Origin: Euprymna scolopes
Taxonomy: Eukaryota
DNA: 64,000 nt
Assembly (NCBI GenBank): GCA_053919585.1
Contig: CM132789.1
Strand: one strand, 5' to 3'
A program made the translations under genes and the position numbers. Of the stretch, positions 1 through 13,121 are shown piece after piece. The notes below the pieces were generated by a model. That model did not search any database, was not told the origin of the DNA, and saw only the letters and a list, made by a program, of their open reading frames with translations. Position 1 is the stretch's first letter, and each line of letters begins with the position of its first letter.

Positions 1-124
1 AGAGAAAATATTCAAAACATCCACTGAATTCAAATTCGAAATTGTTTGCAGGAATGAACCAATTTTTGGCTTGAATAAAATTTGAAATATTTTTTCTTTT
101 ACCTTTCATATATTCTAATGTAAT

Positions 125-127
<3 letters not shown>

Positions 128-210
<83 letters not shown>
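128..210. repeat. (TA)n microsatellite, one of about 30 such tracts in the window
   Basis: Perfect TA dinucleotide run. Similar tracts lie at about 655, 1306, 4700, 9343, 28656, 31248, 31470, 33115, 36996, 37336, 42138, 52889, 54302, 55386, 59105, 62391 and 63718. Confidence 0.99.
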
Positions 211-214
<4 letters not shown>

Positions 215-649
215 AGTAAAACGATTCTTACTTTGGAATTAAAAATCAGTTTCAAAAAGAAAACAAACAAAATCGACTAGATTGTACGATCGTTCCAGAA
301 ACGATGTTCATTTTATTTAAATTGACAATGAATATTGACAAAACTTGACAATGAATATTTGACAAAACTTTTGTCTTTTAATAACAAAGTCCCCTCATCA
401 GCAAGAATAGGGGGAGGCAGTTAAATGCACCAAAATAAAACTAGCAGTTTAGATTTGTGCAAGGCAGATATTCCTGGAAATATTTAAAAATGAAAATAAA
501 GATAAAATAAAATTAAAATAAAATTAAAATAAATTAAAAAACCAAGCCATTAATTTTATGTTTATGAATAAATTAATTAAAATAGAGTAAAATGGAAATT
601 ATGAATGAGGTTTAAAGTAAAAAGGAAACAATTATTTTTATATAAATAA

Positions 650-689
<40 letters not shown>

Positions 690-1303
690 TGTCTCCATTA
701 TAGAATCTGTTTTAAGCCTATCCTCTGGCATGGTGTTATTCTTGTCTTCTAGTTAGAATAATTACTTATCGTTTATATTAGTTTAAAAAGCTGTCTTAAT
801 GTACGGTTGATAAGTTTTTATCTTTGGCACACCACAATTTAAAATTCAAAATTTATTGATTTAAACAAAAGAGATAACTTCAAATTTTGAAATTTTACAT
901 GGAAATAAGAAAAATGAAGAAAAAATTATTGGTCAAAGAGATCTAACTTAATTATTTTAGGGATTAACTATTTATTTGTTATAAAGCTTAATATATTAAA
1001 ATAAATCACGTCAATAATATTGATGCTAAAACCTTAGCGATACTACAATAAATAGTAATAATAATGATAATAAATAAATAATAGGGGGTAATAATAAGAA
1101 TAATAATTATAATAATGATAGTAAAAGAAATAATACTAATAAAATATATAAGTGTAAAAGTTTAAAAATCCTACCCAAACACATAATAAAGAAGAGTAAA
1201 AACAAAACACATTAATATGAGTTAAAGAGACTATAGTTCCAAAAGTTAACATTAGTTTCCTAATAATCTCATTTATGTTAATTTATTTACATAGTATAAG
1301 TCG

Positions 1304-1351
<48 letters not shown>

Positions 1352-1353
<2 letters not shown>

Positions 1354-1597
1354 GCTACTTAATTTACTCACATAAAATTAATATACGAAAGTATAGATAT
1401 TTTCGTAAACTTTAGGTATTTACTTCAAAAGTGATCAATACATATGTAGAGCTAGTTAGTAAGTTATAAAATGTATATGGCAATTAAGCTACACTGAATA
1501 TTTCGCGTTTCATTCACTCTAGGATTCTTCAGCCTGAAGAATCCTAGAGCGGAATATTTAGAGTAGCTTAATCGCCATATACACTTTATAACACTAT
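1352..1597. mobile_element. Penelope-like pLTR remnant (hammerhead family A), collapsed inverted pair
   Basis: 1352-1532 closely matches 55520-55699. The palindrome centre cttcag-c-ctgaag is at 1533. The minus arm retains CTGAAGA, stem II, GAAA and stem III; the plus arm has lost the 3' half of stem II and GAAA. Flanked on both sides by (TA)n/(TG)n. Confidence 0.75.
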
Positions 1598-1609
1598 ATA
1601 TATATGTGC

Positions 1610-1651
<42 letters not shown>

Positions 1652-2449
1652 ATGTGTGTGCGTGTATATACATATATATATATATTTATATTAACAGACA
1701 TATCATTGAGCGATATACGAATAACTACATCCGCTTTTCTAAGCAGTTTTATTGTAATATTTTACAAATCGATGTCCCTATACACTATATTTTTAATGTT
1801 ATTTGTTTCTAGCTTGAGGAAATGAAGCAGGATTCCGTTAAAATTTTTGAAACTTAAAAGGTTAGTCCATTTGTTCTGAGTCATGTATACAATCATGAAC
1901 TTCGAAAATTATAAGCATTTTTTCTATACACTATTTATACTTCACTTCTGTTGATGACGCAGTCTGCCACACAGTTCACCTAAAAATGTCAAATTAGCGT
2001 GAAACATATTTTATATTTATTTGCCGCTTCTGTACATAGAGTCAAGTGTCGTTTTGTAAAAGCCAGCGCTTTAGGTGGAGTACAGGCTGATCTACAATAC
2101 TGCCTGATTATTCCGTTCACATTAAATGCGCCGCAGGCGATTAGCAACTAACTAAACTTTTCCTCAGATAATTTTATTAATCTAAAAAGATGGATTACCG
2201 AGGAGTAACAGAACCAGATTTCACTCTGATGGCAAAGACACACTGTTGTACGGATTGCTGAGGAAATTGTCTAAACTGGTACGTATATCACTTACTCAAG
2301 AATGACTAAGTGGACATTTTCATGATCCCGTTCTTTAATTTTCTTCTTTTTACGTAAGCGATCTTGCTAGTTGTTTCTAGTTTCTTAATATTTCAGTTGT
2401 AGACTCTTGAGTGAGCTCGATTCTTTATTCGTATTCCCGTAAACATTCA

Positions 2450-3150
2450 CAGCAAGAATTCCTCTTTCTATCACCTCGGCAAAAAAATCCCATTGCTTTC
2501 GATGTGTCCCTAACATAAAACCAAACTTGCATCGTCAGCATTTCTTTCCAATAACTCCCCAACTGTAGAAGAGGTTAATACAAAATTGCTTATAGACGAA
2601 TAAAAGATTGTGTTTTTTTTTTACATATAATATCATCCAATATCTGCCAAACCGTATTTTGCCTTAATAAAACATCTCTCCTTAGAATTACATTGTATTG
2701 TTCATCGCCCGATTGACAAGTTTTTAATCATTACCTTCAAGTACATTTAGCCTTGGTAAGTGGGAAACCGTTATATAAAAATATGCTCATTTAATGATAG
2801 TTGTGTGAAGTACATCGCCTAAGATGCATTATATTTTCATTCTATCCCATATGATTGACGGAAAGCCATCTCAAATCCATAGTATTTATGCCCCCCTTTC
2901 AATCCGGACAAAACTAATCGATCGCTGCCATTCCGTTGTCTTAGAACGTTTCTACACGCATATATAAAGACACGATATTAGTGCATTTCCGCAGATATGG
3001 GTTAAGATATACAATATATAATTACGCATTATTTTATTTTGGTTCTTTTGATTAACTTGAGGTATTCACATCAATCGCTACCAGCGGTACGTTGTTATTG
3101 AGAAAAATACCCGGAGCAAGTCTTCTCAGATATCGATGATCTCCCTACTC
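2450..3150 (-). pseudogene. Very decayed LTR-retrotransposon (Gypsy-like) RT remnant, tentative
   Basis: Minus-strand translation across frameshifts gives, in the expected order, VPLVAI, HICGN (cf. RICGDY), DL.MAFRQ (cf. LDL.SAF.Q) and ILDDII (cf. YLDDII). Heavily degraded. Confidence 0.3.
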
Positions 3151-4696
3151 TTTCATATAACTTGATATTGTTGTATCAGCCGTTTACCATGGGATTCTCG
3201 TTGTATATGACTTCTAGCTTCCCTATGTTGTAAACTGATAAGGGGACGAAGGACAGAACGCTGTATTCATTGGAAACAACGTATATTGAAAAGAAATACG
3301 AATATATAAAAAAGTGATTACACGTCAGTTGGACATGCCTTGTTTATAACTACAAGCGCATCTTCTATCTGTATTGGAAGTGATAAGAAGAGTGCATTAT
3401 GATAAATAAGTTGAGCCGCTCATCATCTATCCGATTCCTCAATTTCGCTGGAATGTCAGTATCGTTTTCCTGTGTGTTGATTACGATAAGGTTCAGCTAC
3501 TTTCGTTTGCTTTTGGAATGTCGCCGCTCCAGGATTATTGGTGGCATATCTTGTCCAAACGTCGTGTCATAAATGTCGCCTAGTACAAGATCTTTTCTTT
3601 TTCCGTGACTTACAGTTGTTGTCATCAAACAGCCGTTTCCTGGCTTGATTAAGAAAATTCTCATATAAGAATTAAATACCTCAGATTATGTAGACCATAT
3701 TTCCGATCATATTGTCTGCATTACCAGATAAAAACGTTTATTTAAAATGTCTTTTTTAAAAATGCCTTTTCACCTAAGATCTCCCACTTCTGTCGTATTA
3801 TCTATGATCTGTCTTATTTTGTCTGTTTAAGCAGAAGTGTTTTAGAACAGAGATCTAATCGCAATGGGAATTAGAGATGATCTGCTCCTTTGCTGTTGTT
3901 TTACTTAATGCATGTCAAAACTAATAATTGCTTTTATTCTATGTTTGAAATGTCCACCAAAAAAATAGGTGCATACATTAACACACGTGTTATATACGTA
4001 TGCAAAATAATTACTTTTAAAGCATAGGAACAGCAAATAATTGTGATAGACACTCATATATTAGAATAGGGGCACTAATCGGAACAATCCATAAACAAAA
4101 GAGCAAGTAGCAAAAGAAATTACGTTTAGTTTAAAATAATGACTCGACACAAGGAACTTTAAATCGACGATGAAAACCTAGAAAATTAATAAGAGTTTAC
4201 CTCATGACATTCTCAATATCTAACGTTTAACAGAAGGCGCTTCAAATAATATTCTTAGTTGTCACTTTGCAGATGTTTGTTCTGTTATGTTTTCTGGTTT
4301 TTGTGTCTTCATATGCCAGTCTTTTTATGTTATATCTACATTTTCTCACCGTTATTTATTTCAGTTTTCATCCAATGTTTATGTTTTTATTGTTTGAAAT
4401 CTATTTTATAATTAGGCCTTTTAATTCTTATTCTGTACTTGATTTCTTGCCTTCCCTCTCTTTTTCTACGCCATTCAATATAAAATATATAACTTCTATA
4501 AATTTATTTAGTAAATTGTTAACTACCTAATTTCTTTCATTTATTCATTATTTTAGTTTTTCTAAAACCAACTTTTTATAAACTTCTTTCTACTTTAAAT
4601 ACTTAGTAACCTCCTTACTTAGTGTCTTTGTTTATTTGTTTTGAACTCCTTGCATTATTTCTTTTTCATTCCAGGAAAATTTCCTTTCCGTCTGTT

Positions 4697-4751
<55 letters not shown>

Positions 4752-4763
<12 letters not shown>

Positions 4764-4902
4764 CTCTGTCGTTCTTGGTTGTTTGCTTGTTTGCTTGTTT
4801 GCTTGCGCAATATCCTCCTCCTACTTTTACTATGCCTCCTCTTCTTGCTACTACTGTTACTTTTCCTCTTGCAACTACTACTACGCCTCCTATCCCTCCT
4901 CT

Positions 4903-4935
<33 letters not shown>

Positions 4936-6174
4936 GCCTCCTCTTCCTTATCCTACTATTACTACTACTGGTTGACATGTATTTTTCTACTACTACTCTA
5001 AACAGAATGACTCATAGAAATCTATCTATATTTTTTTCATTTTAATATACTTTCATAGAAATGTTTCTGTTAAGTCACAAAAAACTATTTTCTTTACGTC
5101 ACATTCCGTAGCTAATATAACATACTGACCCCTTAGGGGATGTTTTGCAACTATTCCATATTACAACTCTACTGTCACAATTTTCTCACAAATAAATCAA
5201 CTTTGACCTGTTGACAACGTATTTTTTTACTGCGTACGTTTTCAGCGGCGTAATTCTTTTGCGTTTTAAATTATCCAAATAGAAAATTGTTAATACTTTC
5301 TGCATATTTTTACATCGTACATTTCCGTATTACGTTTAAGTTATTTTAACGCAACTTATAATTCAATAGATGTATTTTTTTTTCAAAATTAAACAATTAT
5401 AAACAGAATGACTCATAGAAATCTATCTATATTATTTTTTCATTTTAATATACTTTCATAGAAATTTTTCTGTTATGTCACAAAAATCTATTTTCTTTAC
5501 ATCACAATTGTCATGCTCACACATTAATTCCATAGCTAATATAACATACTGACCCCTTAGAATATGTTTTGCCCCTATTCTATATTACAACTATACTGCC
5601 ACAATTTTCTCATAAATAAATCAAGTTTGACCTGTTGACAACGTATTTTTTTACTGTGCACGTTTTCAGCGGCCTAATCTTTTTTTTTGCGTTTTAAATT
5701 ATCCAAATAAACAATTGTTAATACTTTCTGCATTTTTACATAGTTCATTTCCGTATTACGTTTAAGTTATTTTAACGGAATTTTCTTACAAATAAATCAT
5801 GTTTTTTACAATGTATTATTTTACTGTGTACGTTTTCAGCGACCCAATTTTTTTCCACGCTTAAATTAATAGATATTTCAAAATTTGAATTTCACTTTAA
5901 GTGTTATGGTATCTGTTCAGTGCACATTTACCTATAAGTATGGAAAACCACTTATAACGCAATGACTGTAAGTTTTTTTTTCAAGATTAAACAATTATAA
6001 ACAGAATGACTCATAGAAATCTATCTATATTATTTTTTCATTTTAATATACTTTGATAGAAATGTTTCTGTTATGTCACAAAAAACTATTTTCTTTACGT
6101 CACAAGTGTTACTCTCATACATGAATTCCATAGCTAATATAACATACTAACCTAACGGGTCACGTGTCGTCTAG
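4752..6174 (+). mobile_element. Non-autonomous Helitron-like element (family H2) with internal tandem repeats
   Basis: Starts after (TA)n with tataatactaaaac followed by a (GTTT/GCTT) microsatellite. Contains a (CTA/CCT)n tract at 4814-4998 and three copies of a unit starting aaacagaatgactcatag (about 5000, 5401, 6000). Ends aacgggtcacgtgtcgt-CTAG at 6171-6174. Confidence 0.55.
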
Positions 6175-7108
6175 TATATATTTATAAAGGAAAATGTCTG
6201 TCTGTGTGTCTTTCTGTGCACACTTTCCTACCAAATAACTCTGTCAATATTCTGTCTACGGACTTGAGATTTTACATAAGGAGTATTGAGTTTTGGGAAA
6301 ATCGTTTTAATCGGTATTCAGAAATCAAAAATTTGGCTGTCAAGGGGTCAAAGTTTAACGATTTCACCTCTGAAAACTCTACCAAACTCCTCCGTCAATT
6401 TTGGGTCAAACACTTGAAATTTAAAATGCAGGTTATTTGGACATGAATATAACTTTATAATTTGATTTGAGCCCCCTCCCCTAAATGTAAAGGGTTTAAA
6501 ATTGGAGTCGAAGTTAAAAAAATTGACTTTTGCGATGTCTACCAAATTACTCAGCTAATTTCTGGTCTAAACATTTGAAATTTGACAAAGGGTATTCAAA
6601 GATAAGGCTTTTCAATCAGTTTCAGTCGAAAATTTGAGCTACCAAAGAGTCAAAGTTCAAAAGATTTGACTTTTGCGGTGTCCAGCAAACTACTCAGCAA
6701 ATTTTGAGTCTAAACATTTGAAATTATATATAACGGGTATTCAGACATGCGGCAAGCATTTTAATGTTTTGGGGGAAGGATTTGGCTGCCAAAAGGCCAA
6801 AGTTTAAAGAGTTGACCTTTGTATATTCTATCAAACTCCTCCGCCTCCGTCAAAACACTTGAAATTTTAGATGTAGGTAACTTGGACATGGGTCAAACAT
6901 TTTATTTTCATTTGAAACCAAAACAATAAATGTTAACGGAGTCAAAATTGGGGTCAAAGCCTAAAAAAGTTCACCTCTGCTGTCTCTACGAAATTACACG
7001 GACAGCTTTTGATCTAAACATTTGAAATTTTACATAAAAGTATATTCACATGTAGGGCAAGTTATGAACAATACAAAGGGCTCGAGCAAAGCCAGACAGA
7101 AATGCAAG
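6175..7108 (+). mobile_element. Non-autonomous Helitron-like element family H1, copy 1
   Basis: 5' tatatatttataaagg...(GTCT/GT)n head; several internal subrepeats (ggggtcaaagtt...ctctaccaaactcctccg...aaacacttgaaatt); 3' degenerate hairpin gggctcgagcaaagccagac followed by gCAAGt, a CTAG variant. Confidence 0.75.
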
Positions 7109-7109
7109 T

Positions 7110-7570
7110 AGTAAATAAGGTTGGTTTTGAGAGTAATAATAAATTAATAGGAAATAATTTTGGATTTAAGATTAATAGTGAATAAAGAGTAATTAAGTTT
7201 AGAGTTTAGAGTAATAGTAAATAAATAGCAAATAATTTAGGGTTTAAGGTTAATAGTGAATTATAAGTAAATAAGTTTGGATTTAAGAAAAAAATAAATT
7301 AATAGCAAATAATTTGGGGTTTAAGATTAGTAGTGAATTAATAGTAAATACATTTGGGGTTGGGAAAATAGTAAATAAATATCAAATAATATTGGATTTG
7401 AGATTAAGAGGGAATTAATAGTAAATTAGTTTGGAGTTGAAAAAATACTAAATTTATAGCAAATAATTTTGGGTTTGAGATTAATAATGAATTAATAGTA
7501 AATATGCTTGGTGTTGAGAAAATAGTAAATTAATAGCAAATAATTTTTGGTTTGAGATTACTAGTGAATT
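7110..7570. repeat. ~77-bp AT-rich tandem repeat, about 6 copies
   Basis: aaataattt...gattaatagtgaattaatagtaaat recurs at about 77-bp spacing. Confidence 0.85.
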
Positions 7571-7606
7571 TATGTATATATCTATCAATCCATCTATCAA
7601 TCCATC

Positions 7607-8517
7607 TATCTATCTATCTATAAAAATAAAAAAGATCTGTCAGTGTGTGTTCGTTTGTGTACATTTCCCTAGCACATAGCTCTGTTAATTTTCGGTCTAA
7701 AGATTAGAGATTTGAGATAAGGCGTATGGAGATTTGGGAAAATCTTTTTAATCGGGTTTCGGCCAGAACGTTGCTGTCAAGAGGTCCAAGTTCAACAATT
7801 TAACTTTTGAAAACTCTACCAAACTCCTCCGCGAATTTTGTGTCTTAACTCATGAAATCTGAAATGTAGGTTACTTTGACATAGATCAAACTTTTTTTAT
7901 TTAATTAGAGCCCCTAAAAATGAATGGTAAGGAGTCAAAATTGGGATCAAAATTAAAAAAAAAACTGTTCGGTCTCTACCAAATTATTCAGCCAATTTCT
8001 AGTCTAAACATTTGAAATTTTAGATAAAGCGTATTCAGAGATAAGGCAAGCTTTTAAATTAGTTTCTGTCGGGAATTTGAGCTGCCAAGGTGTACAAGTT
8101 CAAACGATTTGACCTTTGCTGTGTCTAGCAAACTACTCAGCCAATTTGTTTTTATCTAAAATTTGAAATTTTTACATAACAAGTATTCATACATTTGGCA
8201 AGCATTTTAACTAGTTCTGGGGCGAAAATGTCGCTGCCAAAGATCAAAGTTGTAAGCGTTGACCTTTACAGGATCTACCAAATTCCTCTGCCAATTTAAA
8301 ATGTAGATAACATGGATATGGAGAAACGGTTGTGTTTTTATTTGAGACCATTAATAATAAATGTTTAGGGGTCAAAATATGAGTCACATGTCAAATAAAT
8401 TGACTTCTCTACGAAATTACTCGGACAAATTTGGGTCCAAACATTTATAATCTTACATAAAGTGTATTCACACGTGAGGCAAGTTAGGGCCCGAGCAAAG
8501 CCGGGCAGAAATGCAAT
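7607..8517 (+). mobile_element. Helitron-like family H1, copy 2
   Basis: TCTATC...ataaaaataaaa head; colinear with copy 1; 3' hairpin gcccgagcaaagccgggc at 8489-8506. Confidence 0.75.
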
Positions 8518-8518
8518 T

Positions 8519-9056
8519 AGTAAATAAACTTGGTGTTAAGAGTAATAGTAAATAAATAGTCAAATAATTTTGGTTTTGAGATTAATTGGAAATTAATAGT
8601 AAATAAGTTTTGTAGTTGAAAACAATGGTAAATTAGTATCAAATAATTTTGGGATTGAGATTAATAGTGAATTAATAGTAAATACGTTTTGAGTTGAGAG
8701 TAACAGTAATTTAGTAGCAAATAATTTTGGGTTTAGGATTAATACTGAATTATTAGTAAATAAATATGAATTTGAGAACAATAGTAAATTAATAGCAAAT
8801 AATTTTCGGTTTGAGATCAGTAGTGAATTATTAGTAAATAAGTATTTATTTAAGAGTAATAGTAAATTTGTATCAAATAATTTTGGGTTTCAGATCAATA
8901 GTGAATTATTTGTAAAGAAGTTAGGAGTTGAGAACTATTGTTGTAAATAAATAGCAAATATTTTATGGGTTTAAGATTAATAGTGAATTACTATTTAATA
9001 AGTGTGGAGTTCAGTACAATAGTAAATTAACACCAAATGATTTTGGGTTTGAGAAT
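8519..9056. repeat. ~79-bp AT-rich tandem repeat, about 7 copies, same family as 7110-7570
   Basis: Same unit, again directly following an H1 3' end. Confidence 0.85.
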
Positions 9057-9064
9057 TAATTTAT

Positions 9065-9339
9065 CTATTTTATCTATTAAAGCAATATTATCTGTGTGTA
9101 TGCACATCTCCCTTGCACACTACACTGACAATTTTTAGTCTACAGACTCGTGATTTAAAAAAAAGGCTACTGAGATTTGGGAAAATCGTTTTAAACGGTT
9201 TTTGGCTAGAAATTTTGTTGGTAAGGGGTCCAAGTTCAACGGTTTGAGCTTTGAAAACTTTACAAAACTCCTCTGCTACTTTTTGGTCCGAACACTAGAA
9301 ATTTTAAATTTAGGTTACCTGTACATGGGTACAAATTTC

Positions 9340-9421
<82 letters not shown>

Positions 9422-10360
9422 AAATTATTTAAAATACATGTGGCCCGGAAAACCGGTCTGAGCTGCTAGTATATATATAACGTAAAAAATGTGTGTGTGT
9501 CTGTCTGTGTGTCTGTGAACATTTCCCTATCACATAACTCTGTCAAGTTTCGTTCTAGAGACTAGAGCTTTGACATAAGGAGTATTGAGACTTGGGACAA
9601 TCTTTTCAGTCGGTTTTCGGCCAAAAATTTGGCTTTAAGGGGGTGAAAGTTCAGTGATTTAACTTTTGAAAACTCTACCAAACTCCTCCGCCAATTTTGG
9701 ATCTAAAAACTTGAAATTTTAAATGTAGGTTACGTGGACATGGATCCAATATTTTAATTTGATTTGAGATCCCAAAATAACTGTTAAGGGGTCAAAATTG
9801 TGATCAACATTAAAAAATGACCTCTGTGGTCTCTACCAAATTACTCAGCCAATTTCTGGTCTAAACATTTGAACTTTACATAAAGAGTATTCAGAGAAAT
9901 GGAAAGCTTTTTAATCGATTTGGGTCGAAAATTTGAGCTGCCAAGGGGTCAATGTTCAAAAGATTTTACCTTTGCGGGGTCTTGCAAACTACTCAGACAA
10001 TTCTGGGTCTAAATATTTGAAAGCTATACATAACAGGTATTCAGACGTACGGCAACCATTTAAATCGGTTTTGAGGCGAAAATTTGGCTGTCAAGGGGTC
10101 AAGTTGAAACAGTTGATATTTCCAGACTTTACCAAATTTCTCCGCCAATTTTGGGTCTAAGGAATTGAAATTTTAGATGTAGGTAACTTGGACACTGGTA
10201 AAACTTTGTATTCTGATTTGGTACCAAAATAATGAATGTTAAGTGGTAAAAATTGGGGTCAAACTTAAAAAAAACTCTACGGTCAATACAAAATTACCCA
10301 GACAACTTTTTGGCTAAATGTTTGAAATCTTACATAGAGTATCGAGTTTTGGGAAAATCT
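9065..10360 (+). mobile_element. Helitron-like family H1, two head-to-tail copies (9065-9469 and 9470-10360)
   Basis: The short copy has an internal (TA)n and ends ccggaaaaccgg...gCTAG (9466-9469). A new head tatatatataacgtaaaaaatgtgtgtg follows immediately. The second copy is 3'-truncated. Confidence 0.75.
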
Positions 10361-11046
10361 TTTCATCGTTTATTGATATGCATGCGTATTTTGTTTCACG
10401 ATGCCAAACTCCGAAAAACACTAATCTTTCTATGTTTTCCTTGATCTCCTTTTTAATCAACTTGCACTTCTTACGACTGTTTTCTACGCAATTAAGGAGT
10501 GGAACGCTTGTTATTGTGGATCTTTTAGTCAGGACCGCATGTAGGGACCTTTACAGTAGGTAGCCATTGTCTTACTACATAGTGGGAGGTGACGATGGTT
10601 AAGTCGTTAACAACACGGACTGACGATATACCATTTTGAAGTACGTTTCTTTCACACAAATGCTTTCACTTATAGATTAAAGCCGTTGCACTAAAAAATG
10701 TGGCGCCGTCTAAAATCCTAGCAAGCAAGGTCTGTCGAACATTAAGACCTTTTGAAGACTTTTCCAATACTTTTACAGATTTGTAGCTCATAATAAAATG
10801 GTTACATTTCCGGCCATATTTGTATTTTTAACTTTTCCTAGAATTCGATCTTCCCTCGAATTACTTAGATTTTTCCCAATCTGAAACTCATGACTTTCGT
10901 GTTAAAAGCTAAATAATAAACACCATTGCGACTTATACTAACCAAATAGACGTTATTATTACATAAAATATAGTTCTCATTTTAAGAACAAACCATAATT
11001 TTCTGCGAATATATAAGCATTCTGTATGTTTATGTAATTATGTTAT

Positions 11047-11790
11047 AAAATCGTTTTAAACGGTTTTTGGCCGGATATTTTGTTGGTAAGGGGTCAAAGT
11101 TCAACGATTTGAGCTTTGAAAACTTTACAAAACTCCTCCGATAATTTTTGGTCGAAACACTAGAAATTTTAAATGTAGGTTTTCTGTANNNNNNNNNNNN
11201 NNNNNNNNNNNNNNNNNNNNNNNNNNNNNNNNNNNNNNNNNNNNNNNNNNNNNNNNNNNNNNNNNNNNNNNNNNNNNNNNNNNNNNNNNNNNNNNNNNNN
11301 NNNNNNNNNNNNNNNNNNNNNNNNNNNNNNNNATGTGACCCGGAAAACCGGCCTAAGCTGCGAGTATATATATAACGTAAAAATTTGAGTGTGGGTGTGT
11401 CTGTCTGTTAGTGTGTTTGTGTACATTTCCCTACCAAATAACTCTGTCAATTTTCGTTCTAGAGACTCGAGATTTGATATAAGAAGTATTGAGATTTGGG
11501 AAAATCTTTTCAGTCGGTTTTCGGCTAAAAATTTTGCTTTCTAGGCGTCAAAGTTCAACGATTTAACCTTTGAACACTCTACCAAACTCCTCGGCCAATT
11601 TTGGATCTAAACACTTGAAATTTTAAATATAGCTAACGTGGACATGGATCCAATATTTTAATTTGATTTGAGCCCCCCCCCCCAAAATAAATGTTGACGG
11701 TCAAAATTACGTTCAACATTAAAAAATGACCTCTGTGGTGTCTACCAAATTACTCAGTCAATTTCTGGTCTAAACATTTGAACTTAACAT
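11047..11790 (+). mobile_element. Helitron-like family H1, duplicate of the 9180-9880 junction region (contains N gap 11189-11332)
   Basis: Same tail-to-head junction (ccggaaaaccggcctaagctgcgag/tatatatataacgtaaaaa) at 11340-11385. Confidence 0.75.
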
Positions 11791-12332
11791 TTCTTAGTTT
11801 CTACTAAAAGAATTCACCAAACTATGTGCCAGTTTGAAGAATTTATTTTGATGGAATAAAACACTTGCGATAAGTGTATACTATATATACTACTGCAATG
11901 TGTGTGCAACAGTTGCAACAAGAAAGATATCGAGGAAATAAATGCCAAAAAAATAATCATATGCTTCCTACGGTATGAATTAAATGCATGGATAAATAGT
12001 GATGAAAGCATAAACTGTGTTAAAGCAATCAATAATAACAGAAATCGTTATTTAATGATCGTTTACTATAGAATTTTTGTAAACATAAAAAAACGGTGAA
12101 ATGTGATATGCTGGAAAACAGCCGAAGCCACATTTTTTAATTTTCTCTATTAATATATTTTCTGCGATTTAGTGATTTTTTCATTCCATTCGTACTTTAT
12201 ATTTATGCGTTTTTTTCTGTCTGTAGTTTTTCATTAATTCTTATTTCCACATTGTTTATTCATATATTGCATCTATTTTCTTTTTACGTGCAATTTGTTT
12301 TTTCTTTCTGTTTCATGTCTTCTTTTAATTGA

Positions 12333-13121
12333 ATCGTTTATTACTATGTATGCGTATTTTATTTCATTGTTTATTAATATGCATGCGTATATTATTTCAT
12401 TGTTTATTGATATGCATGCGTATTTTATTTCATTATTTATGGATATGCATGCTTATTTTATTTCATTGTTTATTGATATGCATGCTTATTTTATTTCATT
12501 GTTTATTGATATGCATGCTTATTTTACTTCATTGTTTATTAATATGCATGCTTATTTTATTTAATTGTTTATTAAAAAGCATGCTATTTTATTTCATTGT
12601 TTATTAAAAAGCATGCTATTTTATTTCATCGTTTATTAATATGCATGCTTATTTTATTTCATTGTTTATTAAAAAGCATGCTATTTTATTTCATTGTTTA
12701 TTAAAAAGCATGCTATTTTATTTCATCGTTTATTAAAAAGCATGCTATTTTATTTCATCGTTTATTAATATGCATGCTTATTTTATTTCATTGTTTATTA
12801 ATATGCATGCGTATTTTATTTCATTCTTTATTGATATGCATGCGTATTTTATTTCACTGTTTATTGATATGCATGCGTATTTTATTTCATCGTTTATTGA
12901 TATGCATGCTTATTTTATTTAATCGCTTATTGATATGCATGCTAATATTATTTCATTGTTTATTAATATGCCTGCTTATTTCATATCATTGTTTATTGAT
13001 ATGCGTGCGTATTTTATTTCATCGTTTATTGAAATGCATGCTTATTTTATTTCAATGTTAATTAATATGCATTCTTAATTGTTCATATGCATGCGTATTT
13101 CATTTCATTGTTTATTAATAT
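12333..13121. repeat. 33-bp satellite, left block (about 24 units)
   Basis: Unit atatgcatgcgtattttatttcat(c/t)gtttatta; its translation gives 11-aa repeats. Confidence 0.97.

Noticed and set aside
4622-5045. ORFs rich in YI, poly-T, poly-L or poly-S, and similar ORFs at other microsatellites
   Set aside because: These are translations of (TA)n, (CTA)n, (ATT)n and (TG)n tracts.
11148-11450. ORFs containing X runs, also at about 14340, 30586, 32004 and 53547
   Set aside because: They span assembly N gaps. Only the CXC part of 14294-14653 is real, as part of the Academ gene.
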